A stretch of 64,000 bases of DNA from an uncultured bacterium (GTDB lineage: Bacteria; Patescibacteriota; Minisyncoccia; UBA6257; 2-01-FULL-56-20). The stretch covers positions 213,060 to 277,059 of the forward strand of contig CAVOJZ010000002.1 of NCBI GenBank assembly GCA_963696395.1, in the 5' to 3' direction. Shown piece after piece: positions 39,089 through 48,431 of this stretch. The translations under genes were made by a program, and so were the position numbers. Positions within the stretch are counted from its first letter, which is position 1, and each line of letters begins with the position of its first letter. The notes below the pieces were generated by a model. It ran no database searches. It worked only from the letters and a program-made list of their open reading frames with translations, and was not told the DNA's origin.

Positions 39089-39229
39089 AAAACCATCGAG
39101 GAGGTGCTTAAAAATTCCGGAAACCACCTGAGAGCCCGCGTTGTTCTTTCGGAGATTACGACAACGGCGCCGAGCTAATCCGGAGACACCTCCTCGATAG
39201 CAGCATAAATTAAGATTCAAAAAAATATC

Positions 39230-39412
39230 ATGGCTAAAAAAATTATTGTACACACTGGCGGAAAAGTTCCCCAGTCGGGCGAATATCGTCCTGCCGACAG
39301 TAAGTACGAGATAACCTTGGTAAAGGGTAAACGCGTGCCGCCGAATAATGAAGGCGTGCAACAGCATTTCACCTTAGTCCACAAGGCAAAACACGAAAAA
39401 CCGAAAAAATAA
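39230..39412 (+). CDS. YjzC-like small protein
   Basis: GEYRP...YEITLVKGKRVPP pattern resembles Bacillus YjzC; good SD and structured leader. Confidence 0.4.
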   Translation: MAKKIIVHTGGKVPQSGEYRPADSKYEITLVKGKRVPPNNEGVQQHFTLVHKAKHEKPKK

Positions 39413-39419
39413 AACACCT

Positions 39420-40130
39420 ATGCCATTTTGGAAAGAAGCACCAGCGCCGGAGGAAGTTTTGGAAATGGAGCCTGAAGAACTTGCTCCGTTTATTTTGCGA
39501 TATCTGCAGAAACAACCTACCAATCAGATAAATCGATACAATTTTAGTTTATTAAACGATCGGGAGCTTATTGATCGTCTTGGCTATGCAAATGGTCAAG
39601 CTTATGGCAATTGCTTAATGGAGGCATGGATGTATCTCGAACGGGAAGGGTTCGTCGCTCCCCAGCCAGGACAGCAAGGTGAATGGGCGTTCGTGACACG
39701 CCAAGGGAAAAAAGTTGTTGAAGCCCAGGACTTTGATGCTTACAGAAAAGGACATCTGCTCTCTTCTGAAAGCATGGACCCCATTCTCATCCAAAAAATA
39801 AAACCTCTTTTTCTGCGGGGTGATTATGATACGGCCGTATTCCAAGCATTCAAGGAAGTCGAAGTCCGCGTAAGAAAGAAAGCTAACTTGGCAAATACCG
39901 ATATAGGCGTCTCACTTATGCGAAAAGCGTTTAAATCTCCGGATGGAATATTAGTAGATAAGAAAGCCGACCCGGGCGAACAAGTGGCACGCATGGAACT
40001 TTTTGCAGGCGCGATCGGAGTTTATAAAAACCCATCAAGTCATCGTGAAGTTTTCTTTGCTGATCCAAAGGAAGCCGCGGACATCATACATATCGCCAAC
40101 CAGCTCTTGCGAATCGTGGAGTCGATCTAA
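39420..40130 (+). CDS. Conserved hypothetical protein, TIGR02391-like C-terminal domain
   Basis: C-terminal ...GVYKNPSSHREVF... resembles the RNPxAH motif of the family. Confidence 0.35.
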   Translation: MPFWKEAPAPEEVLEMEPEELAPFILRYLQKQPTNQINRYNFSLLNDRELIDRLGYANGQAYGNCLMEAWMYLEREGFVAPQPGQQGEWAFVTRQGKKVVEAQDFDAYRKGHLLSSESMDPILIQKIKPLFLRGDYDTAVFQAFKEVEVRVRKKANLANTDIGVSLMRKAFKSPDGILVDKKADPGEQVARMELFAGAIGVYKNPSSHREVFFADPKEAADIIHIANQLLRIVESI

Positions 40131-40164
40131 ATCGTTATCCGACGCAAAATAAGCATTATGCCCC

Positions 40165-40557
40165 TTATTGTTTCGGATAATCGCCAAGCTCGCTCACGGC
40201 CGCCGATTTTCCCTCCTGACACTTTCTCGAAAGAAGTTCGAATTTAATCATCTTTATTTCCGTCTCCCCTGTCACTTGCTCGCCGTAGTATTGGCGAAAG
40301 TGAAGCACCATGTCCGCCGAGCCAAGATAACGTTCATGGCCCTCATCAAAATCAGCATCACTCACATCCTTCAATGCTTTCATTCGCACACTAAGAACTT
40401 TGGCCGTTGCAAACTCTTCGCCGGTCTTCTTGTTAACAAAAAGTAGTTCATCGCCCGGAACAATGTTCTTATCATCAAACATACGCCAAGTCACGGTTTT
40501 GGTGCCGCCGAGGATAAGCGGAATGAGATTCTCTTCAAATTTTAGCGTCTTTTGCAT
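40165..40557 (-). CDS. ASCH (PUA-like) domain protein
   Basis: ILGGTKTVTWR matches the GxKxxExR-type ASCH motif; start at MQKTLKFEE. Confidence 0.5.
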   Translation of the reverse strand: MQKTLKFEENLIPLILGGTKTVTWRMFDDKNIVPGDELLFVNKKTGEEFATAKVLSVRMKALKDVSDADFDEGHERYLGSADMVLHFRQYYGEQVTGETEIKMIKFELLSRKCQEGKSAAVSELGDYPKQ

Positions 40558-40559
40558 GG

Positions 40560-41054
40560 TTAAATTTTTGCGATAAGATTTTCCTCGATGGGAAACGAAT
40601 GTCTCCACAAGAGGTCTTTTGCCTTCGCATATTTTTCGATATCCTCATCGATGGAAAATCCTAAATAGCGTCCTTGGTCACCATAATTCATTTTGATGGC
40701 GATTTTATTATCGACAAGCCAAAAATCTTGGAGGGTGATATCAAGCGTTTGGAAAAGATCGTCTCCGATAATTCTTATTTTATCGCCGCGTTTTGCGCTC
40801 TCTTTGTGAATCTCGATCTCAAACTTCGTATAGTCATTCATCGGTCGGACAACTCTTCGTACGCGCTGCGTAACCACGCCCCGTTTATGGAGGGTATCCA
40901 GATCCTCCCACCATCCTTTACCCGCCTGCGTGATATCCAGTTCGTGATTCTGCCACTGGGTAAAAGCATCCTTATCGGTTGCGCTAAAATCCTGCAGATA
41001 TTCGAATCTGAATATGGAGTGCTGCGCCGCGCTGAGATAGTCCATGAGTTCCAT
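40560..41054 (-). CDS. Hypothetical protein
   Basis: 164-aa ORF, 3-nt gap to the ASCH gene. Confidence 0.4.
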   Translation of the reverse strand: MELMDYLSAAQHSIFRFEYLQDFSATDKDAFTQWQNHELDITQAGKGWWEDLDTLHKRGVVTQRVRRVVRPMNDYTKFEIEIHKESAKRGDKIRIIGDDLFQTLDITLQDFWLVDNKIAIKMNYGDQGRYLGFSIDEDIEKYAKAKDLLWRHSFPIEENLIAKI

Positions 41055-41058
41055 GTGT

Positions 41059-41646
41059 TTATCGACTAACTTCCACTAGTAGTTCCGGAAATTCATCCGT
41101 ATTCATATCTTCGCCAGTATAGTGCCCCCGTCCCTTAAGCTCGATAACCGTGCCGCCGAGAGCACTCTTAAATATCTCCAAACTCCTCTTCCCGTTTTGC
41201 TCCTCGTTGTCAGCAGTGAACATGACAATTTTGTTTACGCGCTGCTTGATCGTCTCGTCGATTGGATAGTCATAGAATTTCTTTTTCACCTCACTGCTTG
41301 TACCGATCTTCCACGGCGCAATCAAAATAAGCTTATCGATTTTTCTTTTTGAATCGCCCAGCCAACGAACCAGAAATGCGCATCCACAACTATGCCCGAT
41401 GAGCGTCGTTTGTTCATTTATCTCCTGCTTTTCAAACTCAGCTTTCCATTTCTCATAATCCGGTGCCCACGACTCAGGCATGAGCGGTGTTGTCGTGGGT
41501 GTGCCATCGGTGATTAACTGTTCCCGAACCCACGGCATCCAATGCTTATTTTCAGGATACTCTTTACTTTCTTCGGGGCTGGAAGAGCAACCGTGAATAA
41601 TGACTACGTTTTTCATTTGGTTAGTTTGGCACCTCTCCATTTTCAA
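41059..41646 (-). CDS. Alpha/beta serine hydrolase, RBBP9/YdeN-like
   Basis: VVIIHG..., nucleophile GHSCG, ...GHY catalytic His region. Confidence 0.55.
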   Translation of the reverse strand: MKMERCQTNQMKNVVIIHGCSSSPEESKEYPENKHWMPWVREQLITDGTPTTTPLMPESWAPDYEKWKAEFEKQEINEQTTLIGHSCGCAFLVRWLGDSKRKIDKLILIAPWKIGTSSEVKKKFYDYPIDETIKQRVNKIVMFTADNEEQNGKRSLEIFKSALGGTVIELKGRGHYTGEDMNTDEFPELLVEVSR

Positions 41647-42091
41647 GATAGGCCGTTCTATGCGCTTTGCGAGCCTCGACGCACTTCGGCAAACGCTTAC
41701 TAAGATTGACGGCCAAGAGCTTTACAGCTTCTTCGATGGACACGAGCTTGTATTCCGTCAGCTCTTCTGTCTGCAATTTGATCTTGCTTATCTCCTCCGC
41801 CGTGAGCGTCCCTCCGTCAAAGACCATACTCACGTGGTCATGGCCGCCACGCGTCACTTTGACGTAATCAACGCACAGCAATTCAAGTGGTTTTTTATCG
41901 AGACCGATTTCTTCTTTCACTTCCCGCATATACGCTTCCACAGGCGATTCCTCGGCGTCAATCGTGCCGCCGGGGATGTTCCAGCCCTCTTTGTAGTTGG
42001 GTTTCACAATAAGGACGCTGCCTTCGTCGTTAAAAAATAGCCCGCCGGAGCTGATTGTTTTTCGAGGTAGCATTTCCCATTCGACGTACAT
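41621..42091 (-). CDS. NUDIX hydrolase
   Basis: Nudix box GGTIDAEESPVEAYMREVKEEIGL; start trimmed to avoid a divergent overlap with the next gene. Confidence 0.7.
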   Translation of the reverse strand: MYVEWEMLPRKTISSGGLFFNDEGSVLIVKPNYKEGWNIPGGTIDAEESPVEAYMREVKEEIGLDKKPLELLCVDYVKVTRGGHDHVSMVFDGGTLTAEEISKIKLQTEELTEYKLVSIEEAVKLLAVNLSKRLPKCVEARKAHRTAYLENGEVPN

Positions 42092-42121
42092 GCAAGCATT
42101 ATAACCTGATATAATTGCCGT

Positions 42122-42889
42122 ATGAAGCTCCTGACTCTCAATACCTGGGGCGGCAAAGTGCATGGTCCCCTTCTTAAGCTCATCGAACGGCTAAATGGTG
42201 AAATCGATGTCTTTTGCTTTCAGGAGGTATTCAGCACAAATGCCGAGATGGAAATCTCTGATGGGGCGCGGGCGAGCTTGCATGAGGACATCTCAAAAAT
42301 TCTCACGTCCTACTGCGCCTTTCATAGTCCAAAATCGAAGGGCTATGATTATAGCGGCTTCATCGGCAAAGACATCAATTTCGGCAACGCTATCTTTATC
42401 AAAGAGAGCATCCCTATCCTTTCGTATGACGAGATGTTCAACATCGTTTCCGATGCCGGACACGATTGGCGAAAAAATGCAATCGCCAAAGCCCAGTTCA
42501 TCACGATCCAGGCGGGCGACGCTCCGCTCGCCATCTGCAATTTCCATGGCATGTGGATCAAGGATACCCACAAGAAAGATACGCCGGAGCGGATAGAGCA
42601 GTCGCATCACATTCGTAAGATTTTGGACTCGTTCCCCGGCGAGAAAATCATCTGCGGCGATTTCAACCTCCTTCCTGATGGCGAGAGCATCAAGATTCTT
42701 GAGCACGGTATGCGGAATCTCATCAAAGAGCACGGCATCACATCGACGCGCAGCTCGCTCTATAAAACAAGCCCGATCCGGTATGCTGACTACGTCCTCG
42801 TGTCACGCGGCATCAAGGTCAACGATTTCACCGTACTGCCGGATGAGGTTTCGGATCATTTGGCGGTAACATTAGATTTTGCAATATGA
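42122..42889 (+). CDS. Endonuclease/exonuclease/phosphatase (EEP) family protein
   Basis: LTLNTWGG, FCFQEV, CGDFNL and SDHLAV motifs. Confidence 0.7.
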   Translation: MKLLTLNTWGGKVHGPLLKLIERLNGEIDVFCFQEVFSTNAEMEISDGARASLHEDISKILTSYCAFHSPKSKGYDYSGFIGKDINFGNAIFIKESIPILSYDEMFNIVSDAGHDWRKNAIAKAQFITIQAGDAPLAICNFHGMWIKDTHKKDTPERIEQSHHIRKILDSFPGEKIICGDFNLLPDGESIKILEHGMRNLIKEHGITSTRSSLYKTSPIRYADYVLVSRGIKVNDFTVLPDEVSDHLAVTLDFAI

Positions 42890-43494
42890 TCAAAGCTGTA
42901 ATTTTTGATTTTGGCGGCGTAATCCAGTTAAACGACGGCGAGAACATATTAAGGCAGATCGCCCGGATGCTCGACGTGCCGTTCGAGAAATTTCAACAGG
43001 CCTATTACGAACACAATCACCTTTCGAACGTGACCAACGTGAGATGGGAGGATATGATCATTGAGGTCGTGCGAGTATTTGACGATAGCGCAACGACAAA
43101 AGATCGTATCAGAAAATTCATACAAACTTACAGTGCGGGAAATAGGATCAACACCGATCTCCTGTCTCTGTTTTCAGTGCTGCGCAACCAAGGATTGAAA
43201 GTCGCCATTTTGAGCAATGCGACCTCGGAGCTGCGAACTCGATTGGAAAAAGAAGGTGTAGCAAGGCTTGTGGACGAGATTGTGGTCTCTGGTGAAATCG
43301 GCTACCAGAAGCCGCACCGCGAAGCATTCGAGGTTGCGTTCAAAAGGCTAGGCGTCCGCCCCGAGGAAGTCGTCTTTGTGGACGATTCGGTGAAAAGTTT
43401 GGAAAAAGCAGTGGAGATTGGTTACGCGCCGATTCTTTTTAAGGACAATGAGCAGCTCAAAGCCGCCCTCAAAAAGCTAGGGTTAAAAATCTAA
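42886..43494 (+). CDS. HAD-superfamily hydrolase, subfamily IA
   Basis: AVIFDFGGV motif I; FVDDS motif; 4-nt overlap with the EEP gene. Confidence 0.7.
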   Translation: MIKAVIFDFGGVIQLNDGENILRQIARMLDVPFEKFQQAYYEHNHLSNVTNVRWEDMIIEVVRVFDDSATTKDRIRKFIQTYSAGNRINTDLLSLFSVLRNQGLKVAILSNATSELRTRLEKEGVARLVDEIVVSGEIGYQKPHREAFEVAFKRLGVRPEEVVFVDDSVKSLEKAVEIGYAPILFKDNEQLKAALKKLGLKI

Positions 43495-44127
43495 ATGGAT
43501 CTTAAATCAACCTACAACCGAATCGCCGAAGATTGGCACAAAGATCACACGAAAGATTCGTGGTGGACCGAGGCGACCGATACATTCATATCGTTGCTCA
43601 AGCCAGGGTCCCCCGTCTTGGATGTCGGATGCGGAAGTGGCGTGAAAGCAAAATATCTTATCGAGCACGGCCTCAATGTCGTTGGCATTGATCTCTCGGA
43701 AAAGATGATCGACATTGCCAAGCGCGAGGTATCAGGCGGTGAATTCCGCGTGATGGACATGTACGAGGTCTCTGGACTCTCACGCGATTTCGATGGCATT
43801 TTCGTTCAAGCGGCATTGCTTCATATCCCGAAGATAAAGGCTCAAAGTGTGCTTTCCGGACTTGCCGCTAAAATGAAGCCGGGTGGATATTTATATGTCG
43901 GCGTAAAAGAAAAATGGCCGGATAAAAAAGACGAAGAAATCCTCCGCGAAAACGATTACGGCTACGAATATGAGCGGTTCTTCAGCTACTTCACGCTCGA
44001 TGAGATCAAGCAATATTTCCTGAACCTCAAGCTGACCATTTCGTATGAAAACGTGACGACGTCGGGAAAAACAAATTGGATACAGGTGATAGGACAAAGC
44101 CACGCCCAAGATCAATCACGGCAGTAA
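43495..44127 (+). CDS. Class I SAM-dependent methyltransferase
   Basis: VLDVGCGSG motif I, starts 1 nt after the HAD stop. Confidence 0.7.
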   Translation: MDLKSTYNRIAEDWHKDHTKDSWWTEATDTFISLLKPGSPVLDVGCGSGVKAKYLIEHGLNVVGIDLSEKMIDIAKREVSGGEFRVMDMYEVSGLSRDFDGIFVQAALLHIPKIKAQSVLSGLAAKMKPGGYLYVGVKEKWPDKKDEEILRENDYGYEYERFFSYFTLDEIKQYFLNLKLTISYENVTTSGKTNWIQVIGQSHAQDQSRQ

Positions 44128-45126
44128 GGGTTTTATATTTTCTGCATCGAGCGTATACGCACGCACAAACGAATCGTCGACATGCGCATAGAGCATGCCG
44201 CTCCCTTTGCCCCGCTCGACAAACTGGCTGGCAAATGTAATCGTCTTCGCTTCGCTGTCTTGTATAAAGGGCTCCGGCGAAACCCAATCAATCTTTCCGT
44301 CCTCGTAATCATAGATAAAGAGGCCGACGGAAAACATTCCGTATTTTATCTCGTTTCCGACCCTTCGATTCGCCTCGCGACCGTTCATGACGCCCAGCAG
44401 CTTTCCTTCGCCCACATCAATAAAGCTCTTCGGTAAGAGCGGCCCCGGCGACGCATGGCCGCCGATCCACGGAATCTTGGCTTCCTTCGGATGAAAAACC
44501 GTCTCGCCGAACTCCCACCTCTTTCCCATGTCTTCCGCTATGGCAACGCGCACCGTCGAGTACGTAAAGTCGCTTTCTGTCTTTGAGGATTCAACGAGGT
44601 TATATCTGAACCCCTGCCCATTCATCGGCGCAATGGAAAGTTCCTTCGCCGCTTGGTGGATTTCGCCCATCAAAACCGGCATGGTCATTTCCAAGGAATC
44701 AAGATCCTTGCCAACCGCATGTCCAAGATGAACCAGACCATGGTCCTCCGGCTTAGGATCGTGGAACGGCATCGTGAAATAGAGATGGAGCAATCCGGTC
44801 TTTTCATCGATCCAGATGTCCGGATCTTCGAGGCCGAGAAAATCCAGACCCTCGCCGCTCAACTGGTGTATAACCTCGGCTTGGTTTTTAATAACGAGTT
44901 GCTCGCCGATGGAAAAATGTTCCAGCGAATCGCCGTGCACTTTATGCAATACACTTTTATCGACGTAGCCGGAAACCGTGATGTCGCCCTCGCGGCTGCG
45001 GATGCAGCGAATGACGCCATCCCGATAATTCGAGCGAGGATCGAGCGAGATTGCCATCACGTGCGCAAATTTCCCTCCGGCCGTAACTGCTTTTTTTTGG
45101 TGCTCGACAATCTGGCGCTTGTTCAT
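44116..45126 (-). CDS. Predicted beta-propeller glycosidase/phosphorylase-like protein (GH130/GH43-like)
   Basis: Repeated Gly/Asp blade-like segments; weak family-level impression only. Confidence 0.3.
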   Translation of the reverse strand: MNKRQIVEHQKKAVTAGGKFAHVMAISLDPRSNYRDGVIRCIRSREGDITVSGYVDKSVLHKVHGDSLEHFSIGEQLVIKNQAEVIHQLSGEGLDFLGLEDPDIWIDEKTGLLHLYFTMPFHDPKPEDHGLVHLGHAVGKDLDSLEMTMPVLMGEIHQAAKELSIAPMNGQGFRYNLVESSKTESDFTYSTVRVAIAEDMGKRWEFGETVFHPKEAKIPWIGGHASPGPLLPKSFIDVGEGKLLGVMNGREANRRVGNEIKYGMFSVGLFIYDYEDGKIDWVSPEPFIQDSEAKTITFASQFVERGKGSGMLYAHVDDSFVRAYTLDAENIKPLLP

Positions 45127-45148
45127 GTAGTTCCATTATAATGGATAC

Positions 45149-45412
45149 ATGGCAACTATCCATAAGAAAATCTGGCCGGAGAACTTTGACCTCGTCGCGT
45201 CGGGCAAAAAGCGGTTTGAGTTGCGGCTTGCTGATTTCGATGTCAACGAAGGCGACGTGCTTGTGCTTGAAGAATGGGACCCAAAGACGAAAGCGTATAC
45301 GGGCAGAACGATGGAAAAGAAGGTGGACTATATTTTGAAATTTCCACTCGATAAATTTGGGCAGAAAGAGGAGATTTTAGAAAAGGGGCTGTACGTGATC
45401 CAGATCACTTAA
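45149..45412 (+). CDS. DUF3850 (ASCH-like, PUA fold) domain protein
   Basis: KIWPENFDLVASGKKRFELRLADFDVNEGDVLVLEEWD...YTGR fits the DUF3850 pattern. Confidence 0.5.
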   Translation: MATIHKKIWPENFDLVASGKKRFELRLADFDVNEGDVLVLEEWDPKTKAYTGRTMEKKVDYILKFPLDKFGQKEEILEKGLYVIQIT

Positions 45413-45418
45413 AGCATC

Positions 45419-45652
45419 ATGAACGAAAATAATATCGAAGGTAACCGAGCGCGACAAAGCGAATCTCTAAAGGAACGGCTTGAAGAGGTGCGCCGGATGA
45501 TTTTAGATACTCAGGCGGAAATGGCACAGGTGAGAGAAGATGCCGTCGAGAAACCTGATCGGGCAAGAGAGCTTGTCCCCCTCAAACGGGCACTCGATAC
45601 GCTTGAAGCCGAAAAATCGGAACTGGAAAATCACCCGAACGGGAGCAATTAG
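45419..45652 (+). CDS. Small coiled-coil protein
   Basis: 77 aa, heptad-charged helix. Confidence 0.35.
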   Translation: MNENNIEGNRARQSESLKERLEEVRRMILDTQAEMAQVREDAVEKPDRARELVPLKRALDTLEAEKSELENHPNGSN

Positions 45653-46098
45653 TTCTTCAGCTCCATACGGAAATGATCGCGCAGATTTTTCGTAGTGCGG
45701 AATCCTGCCTTCTGGTACGCGCTGATCGCTCTAAGATTGCTCGTCCTCACGAGTAGGAATATCTTCTTTATCTTTAACCGCTTCGCTTTCACGAGCAGCT
45801 GTTTGATGGCTCGGGTCCCAAGCCCCTTGCCCCGAAACTGTCGTTCGCCAATCACAATCTGCGTTTCGTACCAATCGTTCCTCCGCCTCCGCAACGCGAG
45901 ATGACCTATCGTACGATTTCCGGCGACGATCATATAGTGCAAATCATTTTTGCTGTTGATGAGCAAGCTGAAATAGCGAGGAATATCTTTCTTTGCGGCC
46001 ATATGTCCGCTCGTTAATTGCGCAAGCTCCTTATCCCGCCACCAGCGGGAGAAATAGATGATATCCGTCATTACTGGTCCCCGTAAGGAAATCTTCAT
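45649..46098 (-). CDS. GNAT-family N-acetyltransferase
   Basis: RGKGLGTRAIKQLL acetyl-CoA binding motif A. Confidence 0.7.
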   Translation of the reverse strand: MKISLRGPVMTDIIYFSRWWRDKELAQLTSGHMAAKKDIPRYFSLLINSKNDLHYMIVAGNRTIGHLALRRRRNDWYETQIVIGERQFRGKGLGTRAIKQLLVKAKRLKIKKIFLLVRTSNLRAISAYQKAGFRTTKNLRDHFRMELKN

Positions 46099-46169
46099 CT
46101 CTTCAGTATAGTCGGAACAAAAAGAAAAAGGCGAGCCCGTAAAAGCGCTCGCCTCGTTGTTGATTGAAA

Positions 46170-46631
46170 CTACTGCATCGCCTTCCGCTTGGCTCGCCGT
46201 CGCTGCTTAGCGGTATTGACGTCCTCTCGGCCGCCGGAAGCGCTTTGGATAAATGCGTCGAGCTCCTCGCTGCCTCTTTGCTTTTGCCGCAAAGATTCTG
46301 CGAGTGCTTCTTTCGGAAACCCGAACGCTCGCCGGATGTGTTCCTGACTTTCGGGATCCATGTTGATCGAATCTTCCGAAGCAAGGTACTCCAACAGTTT
46401 TACCCTTGCCTTTTCCGGAAAATCCTTCACCGCAAGCGCGGTCGCTTCGTACGTTTCCTTGTCGACGGTTTCGCAAATCACCTTAGGCTTGCCAGAATCT
46501 TCGGAAACGCCCACTCGGTATTCAATCCCGTCGATCTCAACTTCCGCCGCTTCCCCGATGAACTGGTGCTGGATGTACATATGAGGAGCATAGTCCTCGT
46601 CACTGTTGTCGGTACCCCATGGTGTTGGCAT
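46170..46631 (-). CDS. Hypothetical protein
   Basis: 153-aa ORF, acidic. Confidence 0.4.
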   Translation of the reverse strand: MPTPWGTDNSDEDYAPHMYIQHQFIGEAAEVEIDGIEYRVGVSEDSGKPKVICETVDKETYEATALAVKDFPEKARVKLLEYLASEDSINMDPESQEHIRRAFGFPKEALAESLRQKQRGSEELDAFIQSASGGREDVNTAKQRRRAKRKAMQ

Positions 46632-46647
46632 ACGACCTCCCTTCTTT

Positions 46648-47229
46648 TCAAGCTCGAACCGTCATGAGAACCCAACCGACGCCTGTGATAGAAAGCGCCG
46701 CAAGTTCTCCAAGGCAATACGTGATGAATGTGAGTCGCCAACCGAGAATCGGCTGACGAACCATGGCGATCTGCCAGCCAACGAGCGTTGATGTCGTAAC
46801 GAACGTGAGTAGCGGCACGGGATTCGCTCCCGCGTCCCACAACTCCCGCACGATCGGCATACTCGTTAGACTTCCCGGAATCAGATGTGCCGCAGCCAAT
46901 GCGCCGAAGACGCCTTGCTTGCCAGCGAGGTACGCGAGCAGTGCTGGGCGGTAGAGGTTGATGATTGCTGTCGCCTCACCCATCGCGAGAAACATCACGG
47001 TGAGGAGCGGTGCATACGCGGCAATCATCTTCGCCGAGAGGATCGCCCCATCGTTTGCGAGTTTTGACCCGCCGATGCGAAAAGCACATCCGGCAAGTAC
47101 GCCGGTCACGATGATGAGCGGCAGGAGATCAACCATAAACTTTCGGTCGATCTTGATCGCGCCCATCCGATACAAAGCCATGGCAAGGAGGCCAAGGCCG
47201 GTGCACATCAGTATGATATTGAATTTCAC
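46648..47229 (-). CDS. Hypothetical polytopic membrane protein
   Basis: Five to six TM helices. Confidence 0.45.
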   Translation of the reverse strand: MKFNIILMCTGLGLLAMALYRMGAIKIDRKFMVDLLPLIIVTGVLAGCAFRIGGSKLANDGAILSAKMIAAYAPLLTVMFLAMGEATAIINLYRPALLAYLAGKQGVFGALAAAHLIPGSLTSMPIVRELWDAGANPVPLLTFVTTSTLVGWQIAMVRQPILGWRLTFITYCLGELAALSITGVGWVLMTVRA

Positions 47230-47330
47230 AACGCATCTCCTTGTGGCTTCCTGCCACGATTGAATTGACGTTAACTGCTGGCTATGTTATAACATACGCA
47301 GAACCGGTTTGTCAATTTTTCGGAGGGTTT

Positions 47331-47798
47331 ATGCGAAAGCACTTGCTCGATGTGGTAGCCATTGTGGTTGTCGTATGGGGCTGTTTCTACTTCTACCACG
47401 AGATGAATGACCACGTCCGCGTCGTCTACAACGCAGGCAGCGTGAAAGAAATCTGCATGGTTGATCCGGTAAAGGCAGACGTTTCCGAAGTCCATGTGGT
47501 GAGGATCGGATCAGATATGGGAAGCCAGTGGAAGGAATTGGAATCGCCGAGCGAAAGCGGGACGACATACCAGCTCCCTGTGAACGCTCCCTTGAAAGCA
47601 ATTTCCGTACAGCGCACACAAGGCCACCTACTTATCAGTCATGCAGTCACGAAAGGCGGCGTGAACATTCCCCTTTGCGAGCCAGGCATCGAAGTCCCAG
47701 ATGGCGTTTACTCGTTTTCCACGGATTCGGACGATAACTCCATCGGGAGCGTCGCGCTCAAGGTGGATGACGGCAAGCTGTATCTTGGCGTCAGCTAG
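47331..47798 (+). CDS. Hypothetical membrane-anchored protein
   Basis: Start at MRKHLLDVVAIVVVVWG. Confidence 0.4.
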   Translation: MRKHLLDVVAIVVVVWGCFYFYHEMNDHVRVVYNAGSVKEICMVDPVKADVSEVHVVRIGSDMGSQWKELESPSESGTTYQLPVNAPLKAISVQRTQGHLLISHAVTKGGVNIPLCEPGIEVPDGVYSFSTDSDDNSIGSVALKVDDGKLYLGVS

Positions 47799-47839
47799 AG
47801 CACGTTGAAACGGTAACCGAACTCAAATTTCGAAAGGAG

Positions 47840-48295
47840 GTGGCGACCATGCCACTCGTACTGCTGCAATACAAGAAAGGGCGACGGCTCAAAAAGATCG
47901 CGAAGAGCATAGCAGGCCATTTGCCAGACATCGTTGCTCCCTATCTGAATGTGGAAGGGCGTAACCGGCATGATGGCGGCGTCACCCCCGACGAGATCAT
48001 CGTCCGCTGCACGGAAAGCAATGCGTTGGACGTGAACACGGCCGATCTCGAGATTGTCATCTTCGCTCACGATTTCCCCGAACGGAAGGCAACCCCTGAG
48101 AAGCGGAAGGATGGGATCATCAAGAACATCCATATCTTGCTTGGGTGGCACCATCGGCCCGATCTTTCTGGCTTCGTCTGGATCATCCTTGCGCCGACAG
48201 CGTTTGGATCGCTCCAAGCAAAGAAAGTCAAAACCAATCCGCATCGGGCAGTCCGACAATTCGAACGTCATTTCTCTCCTACCTTCAGAGCATAA
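47840..48295 (+). CDS. Hypothetical protein
   Basis: 151 aa, followed by terminator AAAACCCGTCGCACTGGCGGGTTTTT. Confidence 0.4.
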   Translation: MATMPLVLLQYKKGRRLKKIAKSIAGHLPDIVAPYLNVEGRNRHDGGVTPDEIIVRCTESNALDVNTADLEIVIFAHDFPERKATPEKRKDGIIKNIHILLGWHHRPDLSGFVWIILAPTAFGSLQAKKVKTNPHRAVRQFERHFSPTFRA

Positions 48296-48362
48296 TACCC
48301 GCCTCGACGAAAACCCGTCGCACTGGCGGGTTTTTCTTTTCCTTCGTCATTAAAATAATGGA

Positions 48363-48407
48363 GATAAAAAAACGGCGGCCCTCATAAAATACGAGTTGGG
48401 TCGCCGT
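48363..48407 (-). terminator. Rho-independent terminator (ACGGCGACCC...GGGCCGCCGT hairpin)
   Basis: Near-identical hairpin module recurs at 57484-57528. Confidence 0.6.
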
Positions 48408-48431
48408 TGTTGGTTACTAGAGGATTATGTT

